Positions 10,430 to 24,189 of a stretch of 64,000 bases of DNA are shown piece by piece. Below the pieces are notes generated by a model. It saw nothing but the letters and a program-made list of their open reading frames with translations. It was not told where the DNA came from and ran no database searches. Position numbers and translations under genes: made by a program. The stretch comes from Callorhinchus milii (lineage: Eukaryota): NCBI RefSeq assembly GCF_018977255.1, contig NW_024704742.1, positions 131,752,001-131,816,000 of the forward strand, given 5' to 3'. Each line of letters begins with the position of its first letter. Within the stretch, counting starts at the first letter, position 1.

Positions 10430-13180
10430 TGTAATGTTTTTTTTAAAAAATTATTCCTGCTTTCTGCGTAGCTCAGCCAGGGATCATACATGTTTTTTTT
10501 TAGTCGGCTTCCAAACTCCCTGCACATCATCAACGTCAAAGTCGTTGTAATGTTCAAAACAATTAAGCAAAGCCTCAAATGCTTTTTCTGCCTCACGCTG
10601 TGGCATTGGTGGGGAACGTGGTTTATCATAATCCTGCAAGCTGTCATCACCATCTCTGCTGTCACAATCATCTGCTGGTGTTTTTTGCTGACAAAGCTGA
10701 GAATCTGTGTGTCTGAAACCATCTCAATCCCTGCATTCTTGTGAATTCAAAGCAGGCAGGCAGCCTTTGGAAACTGGAGTTTCAACTGTCTTATTAGTCA
10801 CAGGAACTCGGGACACCCAGGACAGGAAAAGACCACCAGGTCCTGATACATGCAGCCTGTGGAGTCCTGCAGAGTATTAATTATAGGATTCGCCTCGCAA
10901 TTGAGAAGACCTGGGTTCGACTCCTGGGCAGAGCGAAAAGTTAGGCAAGTTTCTTACTCCACTCGCCTCTGTTGACCTAGCCATAAGTAGGAACCTGGTT
11001 GTTAGTCGATTGGCGTATTGCTTTTCCAGGAGTAATAATCCCTTCAAAAAATAAAATTTAATTAATAATAATTTGGTCACTCAATCCACCACTGTTTGTG
11101 CTACACTGCTGCACATAATTGACTGCCGCATTATATCAAATGCAAGGATTATTATATATATATTTTAATAGGAAACTAAATGGAACAATTAATAAATAAA
11201 CCTACTCTCTTCTTCCTCATTTGAAGTCGTGAGACAGGTTCATCACGTCAATTGAATTCCTCGCCAACTGGCTAGTTAATTCTCTCCTGGATTCACGAAC
11301 AAAATCTGCCTCCATTGTCTCCACCGGGTAGTCTGCTGCACATTTTCACAACTCCCTTCATAACAATAATTAAATCTGAAGTTTCTGTCCACCTTCCCCC
11401 TCTGAACTCGAGTGTGTGGAGCTCTCTTGTTGCCCTTTGAAACCCTCTCTCTGTAGGAAGAGCAGCGAATCCTCTCTGTGCTGGAAACAATTCTGACAGC
11501 CCGGGAACAGTTGTGTATGATTGTGCTTGTCACAGCATTCCAGGAACGCAGCACAAAATAAATTGCTTGCTTCAGGTTGATACACTTCATGTCTTTACTG
11601 TTGTCGATCAACTCGCAATAATGTTGAGCAAGGAGCTTTATACACTGCCATTGCGATTTAAAGATTGCTGATGATCCCGGCATCCATGGGTTGATGAGAT
11701 GAGATGTCCTGTTGAGAAGGGGAGGTGAGGAGGGAGGTAGAAGGAGCTTAAAGTTTAATCAAAGATGAGTTTATGTTTTTCTAAAATTATCTATTGTGTT
11801 ATTTGTAAGAAGCAATATCTTTTCAGATTGTACCAAAGCATCGACTATATGTGTGTATATAAGAAAAACACATATCTGTATTAGGAAATCATTTTATTAA
11901 GCTTCAGCTGTTATCCCCAATGCACACTCTGGGGTCCCTAAACCTTGGCTCTCACCAACCTGCACCGAATACATCGCGGACTTAACAACAACAACAAAAT
12001 TACATTTGTAAAGTGCCTTTCACGTTGGGGGGACATCCCAAGGCGTTGGACAGACAGAGTAATGGACCCGAGCTGGGGATCGGGGTAGGGGAGGGTGGAG
12101 GGCAGGGGGGGGTGCAGGGAGATCAAAAGCATGGTCGAAGAAGAGGGTCTTTAGTGACCATGTAATAAAAACAGAAGTCGTCGGGAACACGCAGCAGGTC
12201 AGGTAGCATCTGTGAAGAGAGGAACGTTTCAGGTCGCTAACCTATCATCAGCAGTATTTTGCCTGTTGTGTTGTGACCACAGCGGCAAATTTACACACAG
12301 TAATGTCCGGCATACAGCTATGAAGTAAATGACTAATTTTATCTGGAGGATTGTGGTCAGGACATTGGGAGAGACTCCCTTCTCTTTTCAAATTGTGCCA
12401 TGGGATTTTTAAATGTGCTCCAAGACATTTGGGTATCCAAGTGCTTCACAGGATTTACTGTGAAGTATAGTGACTGTGTATTTGTAGGTGAATGCGGCAG
12501 CCATTTTGTCCATAGCAAGGTCCCGCAAACTGCCATAAAGTGAATGATCAATTTTATCTGGAGAATTGGTGGAGAAACTCCCTTTTCATTTTGAATCATG
12601 CCGTGGGATCTTTAACCCCCACCAGAAAGGCAGACAGGACCTCGGTTTAACATCAATCCGAAGGACGGTTGAATGTTCTGATGTGCAGTTTGCATCCAAA
12701 GCCTTCCGACTCAGAGGTGAGAATGCTACTGACTGAGCTAGGCTGACAACGTGTGCGATGCTTAGACTCACACAGACAGTCACGGGTATCCAGAATTATT
12801 AATGCCCAAGTCCTCAGCAAATGCTTTTGTGCTTGTGTTGAACACTTTATTGTTGATGGGCATATTATTGAAGCTGTCATTGCAGAGCCACATGAACAAT
12901 GCATTCTTCACATCTCTGTTTTTCAGGTCAAGCTGTCTTTGAAGCTTTAGCCATTTTTGCTCAACTGCGAGATGCTCTTCTGACTGCAAAACATCACTTC
13001 CTGTTGCACCAAGATTGTTACTCGATGCCTCCTACCAATTTGTTGTGCAACCGTTCTTGTGCTGCCTGAGGGTGCTCAGGTAATGTAATGGCAGATGTCC
13101 GGACTCAAAACTGCTGATAAATCTCTTCTGCAACTATTGAGCAAGTTTTGAATTGTGCAGTGTCAGAACATAACCCATTC
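10430..13180 (-). mobile_element. Fragmented Tigger/pogo-type DNA transposon (transposase fossil)
   Basis: 13180-12990 HTH-like SGSTRTVAQQIGRRHRVTIL; 12989-12780 CENP-B-type HTH VKNALFMWL...NMPINNKVFNTSTKAFAEDLG; about 11712-11450 DDE_1 end, frameshifted NRTSHL/QPMDAGIISN then INLKQAIYFVLRSWNAVTSTIIHNC; 10700-10490 acidic C-terminus ...PQREAEKAFEALLNCFE. Interrupted by SINE/L2 inserts; the central DDE part is not seen. Confidence 0.8.
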
Positions 13181-14094
13181 GTGTTCAAAATGCACAAAGA
13201 GAGATAAAGAATAATTCTTGCTTTGGATATAGCATCTTATCGTGTCATCGACATGTCTCAAAGAGCTTCACAGGATGCAACAGCAACAACTTTCATTTAT
13301 ATAGTGCCCTTTATGCCAGGTAGCGTATCGGAGCACTTAGCAGTGCTGGAGCCTGATGCCGAGTTGGAGGGGAGGGAACAAGTGACCATAAGCATGGTCG
13401 AAGAGGAAGGTCTTCAGTCATGATCTAAAAACAGAGCGGGGAAGACCGAGAGATTAAAGGAAAGAGTTACAAAGCTTTGGGATATAGTGACTGAACGCGA
13501 GGCGAGGATAAACAGTGAAGTGTATTGACTCTATTTTGAAGGTGAGTATGACAGCCAATTTGCACACAGCAATGCCCCACAAACAGCCATGAAGTGAATG
13601 ACCAATTTTTTTTTATTTTCGCATTTGTTGACCAAGACACCGGATACAACTTTCTTTTTGAATAGATGCATGGGCTCTGTAACATCCACCTGAACGAAAA
13701 CAAATGTGCGGATTATTATTAAGGTTATTAATGTCTGGCATGGTAGTGATGCCTTGCACAGTGTACGATTCTCCCAACACACACAACGTCAAGGATCACA
13801 CATCAAGAATGACCACTTGTGTACTGCAGCATGCCTGGTGCTTGTGTGAATCATTGCATTCCACTAAAAGAAAACAGGAGTCATATTGTGCCAGTAAAGG
13901 GAGGAAGGGAAATGATAGAGGGAGGTTAGGGGGTGGGGGGAGGGGAGAGCAAGATTCCTATGATCCTAATTTGTTTTGAAAACTAAATCTTCATCTATGT
14001 TTCCCCGAAGAATCGTGTTTTCATAATTACTGCTCAACCCTCTTTTTCCCAAATACAAATGTTTTTATAATTACTAGTGAATGCAGGCCTGATC

Positions 14095-17000
14095 ATGTTG
14101 AGACATCTGTCAGTTTGCTTTGTGCTATCTTTCCCTGTTGCTGACTTGAAATATTCTCGTTTAATAGTCATTGTGCTTCACGTAGAAATCACACCCTTGT
14201 GCTCTGGAGGAAACAGCCAGAAGTACCACACCTTAATGATCTGTCCTCAGCGCACACATAATAGGCACATTGTGAGACAGATTGATTCAATAAAACATCT
14301 CCTGTCTCTGTTCTTTATGTACCTCATCTCAGGAACTCTTTTGCATCGCTGTGTTGAACAACAACAACAACAATAACTTGGATTTATATAGCGCCCTCCA
14401 TACCGGACGGCGTCTCAGAGAACCTCATAATAACGGCTCCCGTTATTTTTCAAACAACACGTTTGAAAAAGCAGCAACAAATAAAAACATAAGACGGGAA
14501 ATAGTATTCCAACAAAATTAGCCTCTAAAGGATCCAAATAAGAAACTAGCCCAAAATGAACCCCACCATTCATCTTTATACCAGTAAAAAGGCTTTAACT
14601 TCTCAACATTATTACTGATCTAGTGATTTTTCTAGCTCTCAGGTTGCTTCCCGTATTGTCACATGTTTTATTGCGAAGGCACGGTGCAAATAAACATGAT
14701 TCTTTTCCAAATTTCCTCCACCTCGCCCCCCCCTCCCTCTTTCTGCTCTCGAACCCTGTCTGAAGACCTATCTCTTTGGTTGAGTCACTTCTCCGTTGGC
14801 CCCTTCCCTTACTTCCCTCCCAGCTCAGATTCCCAATATGACTTTGGAGAGCGCTTTGAAAGAGTCTTGCTACTCTTATGCTGCTGCACAAGTGTAAGTT
14901 GCTACTGTTGTTGACTTTCTGGGTGAGAGCTATTACCAGTGGTAAAATCAATCAATGTGACATCTTCTTCAGAGAATCCTGTAACACAGAGTACTAAATG
15001 AAAGGCAGATGTAGGTGCTCAACCTACAGAGAGTTTAAAATTCTGTTGCTTGACTAAACAGTAATTTTCCTCACCACCTCTCTTGACACAAGAAAACTCA
15101 AAATCAATGTTTTCTGAATCTGGACAGGTCATTGGCAAAGAAACTTAGGTCTGCAACTTTGGCCAGTATCATTTTGTTGGTTTTGCATTGGCTCTCATCT
15201 TATGAGATCTCTATTTGTCAATGAGGTATGTGATGAGTCAGAGCAGTCAACTTGGAATTACTCTTGCCTCTGAGCCAGACGTTTGTCGTTTCAAGTTCCA
15301 CATCGTAACATGGAACTCATATACTCTAGTCTTACACTCCGGTAGAGTGCTGGGGTGTGCTGAATAGTCCGAGGTGCCATCCTTCAGTTTCAATGTTAAA
15401 CCGAGAACCTGTCTGTCTATACAGATGAACGTCAAAGATCCCATGGCACTATTTGAAATGAGAAAGGAGTTCATCCCGGTGTCCTGGACAAAGAATCCCC
15501 CACATAATATTGGTCATTCATTCCATGGTTGTTTGTGGGACATTTCTGTTTGGAAATTGGCTGCCTCATTCGCCCACAAAATGCAAAGTTACCACACTTT
15601 ATAGTAATAATAATAATCCTTGTATTTGGTATGGCACTTTGGGACGTGCTCCCAACTTGAAAGGCACTCTATAAATGTAATTTTGTTGTTGTTGTTGCAG
15701 TGCTTTTCACATCTTCTAGACATCTCAAAGCACTTCACAGAATATACTGTAAAGTGAATTGACTGCATATATTTGTAGGCGAAACGCGGCAGCCAATTGC
15801 GCACAGCAGTGTCCCACAAACAGTCATGGATTCAAGTGACCAATGTATATCCTGTAAAGCGCTTTGAGGCATCTAAACAACATGATAATTGCTATATCAA
15901 ATAAAAGGATTATTATTATTAATAATAAAAACAATCTGATGTTAGATATGATCTCGCAAGATCAAATTATCTTTCTGTCATACAACAAAATGATATAACA
16001 ATAGAAGGCCACAACCTCACATTGTCTGGACTGACACAACAATGTAGTGCTGGGGATGTCCTGCATTGTTGCCGGTGACATCCTTCAAATGAGACATTAA
16101 ACCAAGGTCCTGTCTACCTCTCCTGGTGGACGTTAAAGATCCCATAGCACAATTGGAAAAGACAAGGAAGTTTCTCCTTGTGTGCGAGCCAACGATCCCC
16201 TAGAAAACAAAATGGTTATTCACTTCATGGCTGTTTGTGGGGCATTGGTGTGCACAAATAGGCTGCCTCCTCTACCGATACATACACAGTCATTAGAATT
16301 CAAGGTAAATCCTTTGAAGCACTTTGGGACATCATTCTGACATGAAAGGCCCAAAACCAAATGTAAGGATTATTAGGATTACCTCATTTAGGAACATGGA
16401 AACATAGGAACCAGAGATCATTCAACCCATTGAGACAGTTTACTAGATTGCAGCAGATCAATTAATCCCATTTCCCTGCCTTTTCCCCATGCCAGCTCAT
16501 ACTCTTACTTCTCCAGTATCTAGTTAGCTTCATTTAAAACATTTTAATTGATTCTGACTTCTACATTGTTCTGGCCGTTGTATTATCATATTAATCCTTG
16601 CATTTGATAGAGCCCCTTATCACCTCTTTGCAACAGATCAAAGCGCTTTGTAGGATTTACTGTAAAGTGTAGCGACTGGGTATTTTCTATGTGAACACGA
16701 CAACCAATTCCACACTTTTGCAATCCTCTGTTGCACTTTGAGATGTCTTCCTGATGTGAAATGTCCTAAATTTAAATTGTATTGCATAAAGAAATGTTTT
16801 CTCATCTTCTTTAAGTGCCATACTGTTCTACTGTGTTTGTTTTAGAGTAAAGGAATACAGTGTTCACATGAATTCAAAGTTAGATGCAGAGTGAATTCCT
16901 GAGATTCTCAGAATTCCTGAGACTTGCCAATTACAAATGCTGAAGCCACAAATGTTCGAGTCAATTAGCAGCCATTCTTAATGATGCTGCTCCTTAATAG

Positions 17001-17370
17001 AGCTGAGAAAAGTTTTGGGTTGGAATTTGCACCGATGCTTCATTCCCAGAGGTTTAACCTTGTAGAGAAAGCAGCTCAATTCCTAATTTCTGCTCCACAT
17101 CACATTAAAATCAAGTGCATTTCAGTATCTATTTACATCCGCATTTGTAAAAGATTGATGGTGGCTCAATTAGCTGCAATGGCTCAAGTCGAACCAAACT
17201 CAAACAGAGCAAATTTGGCCTTGAAGTGGACCCTGTTATAACACAATGGTGGGTCTTCCTAATGACATTATAATGGGGTGTGTTAAAAATGGCCATTATA
17301 ATTACCGCTGTCAACACTTCCCTAATGCTGTGCACATATGCACATTATGCACAGGAAACACCGGTATGCC
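14095..17370 (+). pseudogene. Decayed signal peptide-LRRNT-LRR-LRRCT-Ig gene remnant D
   Basis: 14095-14355 MLRHLSVCFVLSFPVA, HCAS...QPEVP, THNRHIVRQIDSIKHLLSLFFMYL; 14430-15230 YFSNNTF, VFQQN*PLK...LAQNE, HFVGFALALIL*DLYLS; 16910-17370 EFLRLAN...KCSSQLAAIL...GGSISCNG...VITQW...IIITAVNTSLMLCTYAHYAQETP. Confidence 0.55.
15245..15920. mobile_element. Composite SINE block (plus-strand SacSINE1-like copy with an opposite-strand young SINE and L2 tail inserted)
   Basis: Head ctcttgcctctgagccagac at 15261 and Deu core at 15530; reverse-oriented tail and core at 15600-15840. Confidence 0.75.
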
Positions 17371-17679
17371 ACTTCCTGTGTGTTGCGCACACGTGTGCTG
17401 TGTACAAGAAGTACTAACGACATTATTGTCATGCTTTCTGAGCATTGCACATGCTCACTGTGTGCAGGAAGCACCACTTGATGTCATTTCAGGCCCACAG
17501 TGCATGCAGCTGGCCAGTCAACCCTACAAGTCAGAAGGGTACAACTCTTTTTGCATACAGTCCAGAGTTCACCTGCACCAGAAACAGGCCCGCCCTGTAT
17601 TGGGAAGGATTATAACTGGGCCCCATTATTTTGGGGTTTAATAAAACAATAAAACATTTATAAAACTGTATGCTGGGAA

Positions 17680-18770
17680 TTCAGTTTGTCAGTTACATTA
17701 AATTTACTAAATGGGCTACTTACATCGATTAAGATTTCAGACCTGATTTTACATATAAATGTATCTTTTGCACAGAAGTCAAATCAACATTTTTAAACTT
17801 GAATAGCATGTTGGGGATTGCTGCATTATCAGAGGAGCTGTCCTTCGGATAAGATGTTAAAACAAGGTCAGTCTGCTTATTCAAGTGACATTAAATATCT
17901 TGTGGCACTTTTGGAAAAGAGAAGTTTCTCCCCCACCAACAATCCCCCACATTACTGTTTGTGGGACTTTGCTGTGTGCAAATTGACTCCTGTGTTCACC
18001 TATAATGTGCACAATCATTACCCTTTACAGTAAATCCTGTGAAGTGTTTTGAGGCGTCCTCTTGACTTGAAAGGCACTACACCAAATCCAATGATTAATA
18101 ATTTTACGTTGAGTAGAAAACTCAGTTCTCAGAGAAACAACATTTTCAAGTTCAGTGCTGGAAAACCATTCTAGTGGGAAGTGTTTTTCAGAGGCATCAT
18201 GGGAACCCATGCAATAAAAGGCAAAGGTTATTTAAGCAAAAAATATATAATTGGACACTTTTTAAGGTTGTTTTGCATCTGAATATCAATATATGGTCAA
18301 TAATAAATAGAAGGATTGATTTGGGGAATCCACTTATACCAGCAAATATATTTGACCCCCACATAAAGTCTCAGATTCCTACGGAACAATTGTCATTTAA
18401 ATATCTAATTTGTAAGTGCACTGCAGTTTGGCTGCCAGATTGTTGTGTGGAAATCCGTCTCGTGTCAGGTACCAATTCCCCTGTTCCACTCACTCCTTTT
18501 GTTCTCTAATTTCTCAGCACATTCACAACTAAACTGCAGGAAGGGTGATTTACAATGCGCAGGTTGCTTGTGCTTTATCCGAATAAATATTTGATAGTTC
18601 TTTTTGGGAAACAGGCAAAACAAATAGGATAACACTGTTTGCCCCCATTAAGACTGTATTTTCTATAGCAAATATACACACTGAAAAAATCAGCTCCATC
18701 TTCATCTGCCCTCCATCTTCCAGCTATTCCCCCCTTAACGACATGTAATTTTTATTAAAGTTACTTTTCC
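17680..18770 (+). pseudogene. Decayed LRR-LRRCT-Ig gene remnant E
   Basis: 17690-17790 VTLNLLNGLLTSIKISDL; ORF 18174-18509 LHLNINIW...DLGNPLIPANIFDP...LSFKYLICKCTAVWLPD; then QEG/LQCAG...INI** and TVFSIANIHTEKISSIFICPP (Ig E-F strand spacing). Confidence 0.62.
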
Positions 18771-20256
18771 AAAATTCAACAGATCCCTGTAAGCTAAATC
18801 AATTTTAATTTAAACATAAAAATGACATATGCATAAGCAGATTTCTAACCATTAAATTAATTTGACTTTCCTTCCTCAACGGGGGTTTAATCTGTCAGTG
18901 AACTAAACCACTATCTGAATCCTTTTGCTGTTAGTTTTGATGTTCAATTGGTAGCTCTCTTGCCTCTGAAGATTTGTGGGTTCAAACCTCATGATGAGAC
19001 TTTGAGCTCATAGTCAAGGCTGACACTCCAGTGCAGTGCTGAGTGAGTGCTGCATGGTCAGAGGTGCCATCCTTTGGATGAGAAGTTAAACTGGAGTCCT
19101 GTCTGCTTGTTCAAGATGTTAAAGATCCCATGGCTCTATTCAAAAAGGAAATGTTTTTTTTTCTGGTGTCTTGATCAACAATCCTCCATATAAAATTGGT
19201 CATTCACTTCATTGCTGTTCCAGGGGGCAGTTTGGCTGAAAACCCGACCTACCGTTGAGCAAAGCAACCAGCTGGGTCAGTCAGGTGATATATTCAGGGT
19301 CCCATGGTACCAATCCAAAGGAATAAGATAAGATTTTAATCACAATATTATCAATCTGCCTTAACAGGTCGTTGTAACGTCTCAAAGCACTTCACGGGAA
19401 TTACTATAATGTGCAATGCCTGTACTTTGCAGGTGAATGTGACAGCCAATGTCTCACAAACAGCCGTGAACTGAATAATCAATTTAATCTGTACCGTTTC
19501 TGCTGCATTTATAGTGATTAAAAACTAGATTGCGTTCCCAGGCATTCTCAGTTATGTAGTGCAACCAACAAAAGAAGTGTGGACTGGTAGCCTAAGACTG
19601 GGAGGAATTTCAGGAACCTGTCCAGTATTCAGTGACTCCCGCAGGAAAAGGCACGTGGATGGATGTCAGACATGGACAGGATCAGGCTTGTCTGTGATGC
19701 CCTTCATGGTTCAGTACCTCACTGGCACTCACTGTAAAGGCTCACAGCTAAAGAATGGACATGAGTGAGCGAGGCTGCCAGTAGTTAGAGCCAGCACCTC
19801 GCAGAGGGGAGGGGAGGGGAAGCAGAGGCAGAGAGGGATCAGTGGGATGAAGGGGGAGTGTGGAAACGAAGGAGAAGAGGGGGCTTTGGAGAAGGCAGGA
19901 AATTAGTTGCAAAAAAAATTTGACCCTGCCAAAACTTTATAATAGGTCAACGTATAATCCGACGGCAAAATCAGTTTATACTTGAAGCAGCATTCATTTA
20001 AATCGGAGCAAAAGGCAAAAAAAATTGAAATTTTATGCACGGATATAATAATAACCAATAATATTAAGTATAGGAAATGTAGGCTACTGAAGTCAGTCTG
20101 TGTAACAATCAATATAATTATAATAATAATAATCATAATAATAGTAATAATTCCCACATTTGACATAGCATCTTTTATGTCGGGAGGACTTCTCAAAGCG
20201 CTTCACAGGATGGATACACTGTGAAATGGAGTGACAGTGTATTTTGTGGGCAATCT

Positions 20257-20294
20257 GTGTGTGTGTGTGTGTGTGCGTGTGTGTGTCTATGTGT
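20257..20294. repeat. (TG)n microsatellite
   Basis: Seen directly in the sequence. Confidence 0.9.
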
Positions 20295-23200
20295 TTATCT
20301 CAGCTCACTTGAGAAAAATGTTACGCTCACGATGTGTCTGTTGAAGGAGTTTAACCCAGGGAAGCGCTGGGATAACACAATTCCTGATTCTAGTTGACAA
20401 CAAAGATTTTTCCTCTTGTCAACATTTGTGTCCGAGTTCTTACTCTGACCTTCGAGCTGATGTGAAACTCTGTGGCCCAAGTAGAGAATAAATTACATTC
20501 AAGTAATATTAATGTTTCCACTGCAACCCCCCNTTACTCATGTCTCGTGTGCCTCTAAACTTGTGTCCTATTTTAATTCAGACATCAGTACCCATTTCCA
20601 TTATTCTAATGCGCACATCAAACTCTGGATGTGTCTAAAGTTGTGGAAAATCCTGTGAAGTCAAGACTAAACGAAATGGCTTTATGAAAAAGGAATAAAG
20701 TTCCTTTGGAAATGCATCAAAGAGTGCACTGCCAGCAATCAGATTAATGGCACATTGCTTGCCCAGCCAGATGTCACTTCAAAAATCTTTTAATGAGGCA
20801 TAAAGCGTAATGCTAGGCAAACTGTTAGGGTGAGCATCTGAGGGGAAGATAAAAAGGAAGTACGTGTCTTTTATTCACAATAAATTGCTTACATTAAATT
20901 AAGTGACACAGAGGCCGAGATATTTTTTCTGTTGTGGTTGGTGGGAGTGTCAGGAGGGAACCAAGGGAGTGGGGGAGAGGAGAGCATTAACCCAGAAGAG
21001 AGAATCAGCTTTTGCTCCAAAGCATAGCGAGCGATCCCTGTCACTCAAATCGAGTTTGCCATGTTTATTTCCCTTCAGGATAACTGTGCAGCTGGAAGGA
21101 CTTGCTCACCTATAGGAATTTGAACTCGTACTGGTTTGAAATGCCTCTGGAACGTCAGCAAGATTGAAGGAACGTGTGTCTCTGCTTTGGGTACTCTCTT
21201 GGATACCACTCAACTTGGCCCGGCTGTAATGTACGCAAGAGGTGCGGAATCTATAATAATAATGATAATACTATCAATCCTCACCTTTGATATTGCGCCT
21301 TTCATGTCAGGAGGACATCTCAAAGCACGTTACAGGATTTTATAGTAAAGTTGCGGTGTCTCGGTACTCACGTGAACATGATGTCCCACAAACAGCCATG
21401 AAATGAATGATGCAATACAATTTACATTTGTATAGCGACTTTTACATCAGGTGGAAGTTGCAAAGCACTTGCTTCGCAGAGCTGGAAGGGCACCCGAGCA
21501 GGCATGTGAGAGCCGATTTTAAGATCAATTATATCTGGGGCAATTGTTGCCCAGGACATTGAAAGAAACTCAGTTCTTGTTTTGAATAGTGACCACGTAA
21601 TCTCTTTGACGTCCATGTGAACAGGCAGCCAGTCATTTCAGAAGGAACGACCTTGGATAGTTTGTTCGGTCCCAAAGTCCCAAGCATGCAGTTTAGTTGT
21701 CTGGGATTTCAGCCACCACGATAGCAACAACAACAACAAAATTACATTCATAGAGCGCCCTTCACATCGGGACGACACCACGCCCCAAAGCTTTGGAATT
21801 CTCTCCCGCAAACCCCTCCGCCTTGCTCCCTCCTTCCCCTTTTTTAGATCACGATTGAACAACTTCCTCTCCAACTGTACTTATCGTCACCTCCTCCCTC
21901 CCCCGGCCTGGCGTCAGGCTCTGACACTGTTAAGTGCTCCGAGACGCCGGCTCGCACAAAGGCCACTATATAGATGCGAGTTGTTATTGAGATGGTGGTT
22001 GAGCTTCGATCACCAATATTTACTGCTAACTGTGTAATTCCACCCGCCTTAGTCTCAGTTCTGCTTAAGCAAAGAAACAAAGAAAACAAGAGCATTTCTA
22101 GAATTTTGAGTGTAAGACGCTGAGGGGACCACATGGCGAGTATTCAACGACTTATAGTTTGTGAAGGCAGGTCGCATATTGAGGCCATTGTATGTCAAGG
22201 CTCAGCCGATATGTGCTATTCGCCAGTGACAGCGTAAGCCATACAGACAGCCCGTGGCTGCTTTAATTTTCATGAATAATCTGTGACCTTTACTCGTTTC
22301 AGTCCACACTTGGAGTTATTTTCCATATCTCCCACCTCCTCTCCCAGCTCATTGCAGTCCACTGACTGAAGCCGTCGAACCTTAAAATCTCATTAAAATA
22401 ACCTTTGGGGCCTGTTTTAAATGATGGAAGCAGAACGCAATCAGTTCGATTTGCAGACTGACTGACGCCCAATTTTATTCTAGAGGAATACTTGTCCCTT
22501 ATATTATGGAAAAAATGTCGCTGTCTCAAAACGCTAAGTTATCCCACATACCAGTGCACCTTCAAGAATATATTTTCCAAACATAAAGAACTGTTTATTA
22601 TCCTCTTAAATCTTTGGTGTACAATGGGAAAGATAAAGAGCAAGTGACATTTTAGTGTAACGGTGTGGCAAATGACTCAGAACTCCTAACGTATGTTAGG
22701 AGATTCCACCTGGGTCTAGATTTACTCTAATGTAGCATGTCACAACATCCAAAATTTGGCAAAGTCTTCAATACACTCTTTAACTCTGATATTCATGTGT
22801 GCAAATTGGCTGCCGTGTTCACCTGCAAAATACAGTCACTCCACTTTACAGCATACATAGCGAAGCACTTTGACACGTCCTCCTGGCGTGAAAATGATTT
22901 ATCAAAGGTAAGGATTATTATTTATACAGTGACTTTCACTTCAGGTAATGTCTCACCTCATTGTAATAAAATGAAATGTATGGAAGACTTGATGGTCTTT
23001 TTCTGAATCCATTGCAAATCTTGGTCTATTTTTATCATGCAGTTTAAAGTATTGTGTCTTCCACAAAATATACAGTCAATTCACTTTACAGTATATTCTG
23101 TGAAGTGCTTTGAGACGTCTTGAAGACGTGATAAGGCACTATATCAAATGCAAGGATTATTATTATTTTTACTAAGGCGTTACATGTAAGGTCTGTAACA

Positions 23201-23349
23201 GCACTGTTCTTCGGCTCAGTGAAGTCAATTTTCTCAGAATCTCTGAGTGGTCCCAAAAGACTTCAGACTAAAAGTAATAATTTAATTTAGAAGATACTCA
23301 GTTTGGTTTGATTAATTATTCTGCATAAAAAAATAACCAATAAGGTCAG

Positions 23350-23875
23350 TAAGGTACAGAGGTGGCAGGCAGGGTTAGAGAGGACAGATAAGAGAGCAGC
23401 GGGAGGAGAGAAGAGAGAGAGAGCAGATAGGAAGGAGAAGAGAGGAGAGCTCAGAAAGAAGAGAGATAAGAAAACAGATATGAGAGGAGAGAGACCAGAG
23501 AGGAGAAGATAGAAAGGAGAGCAGAGAGAGGAAAAAGGAGAGGGTAAAGAAGAGAGAGAGCAGAGAGAGACGAAAGGTGAGAGGAGAGAGAGCAACAGCA
23601 ACGTCAACAACACAACAACTTGCATTTATATAGCGCCCTTCAGGCTGGGTAGCGACCTAGAGCACTTTGGAGAAAACAGAAAAGAGAGAGGAGAAAGGAG
23701 ATGGCAAATAGAGGAGAGAGAGCAGAGAGGCATGAGCATAGATGAGAGAGAAGAAAGGAGAGAGCAGAGTATTAAGAGGGGAGAGCAGTGAGTAAAGAGA
23801 GAGAGGAGGGAGCAGAGAGGAGTGAGCAGAAGAGAAAGCAGAGGAGGGCAGAAAAGACAGATGACCTACAGAGGG
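23350..23875. repeat. Purine-rich (AG/GAGAG) low-complexity tract, interrupted by an L2 tail at about 23592-23670
   Basis: Degenerate gagagag/agcag repeats; source of the spurious Leu/Ser-rich ORFs. Confidence 0.85.
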
Positions 23876-24189
23876 GACGAAGTGTTGCTGAGTTGTCAGA
23901 GACGGGAGGAGGTATGAGGAGGCACACAACAGAACTTTTGTCTCCCATTTCAAAACAAGGTAAGCTCGAGTGAACAAGTGAAAGTCATCCTGTCTCAGGC
24001 CAGGTGCAGTTTTAATGCTCTCTCTCCCTCTCATTGCTCCTGCTGTTCATCCTGTTTGCAGCCACACACCGAGAGCGAACACTTAGTTCAGTTCACTTCA
24101 CAAAAATATTAGCATTAATTAGAAACAGCTGCCTCGGTGCTTGGTATTTGTATCTGGCTTGACAGAAAATTCAGAAATACATTCAAATA

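Noticed and set aside
10490..10744. Plus-strand ORF with a TM-like stretch (WFIIILQAVITISAVTIICW)
   Set aside because: It is antisense to the acidic C-terminus of the Tigger-like transposase.
20533..20533. Single N base
   Set aside because: Assembly ambiguity with no biological meaning.
23287..24034. Leu/Ser-rich hydrophobic ORFs resembling membrane proteins
   Set aside because: They arise from the AG-rich low-complexity tract.
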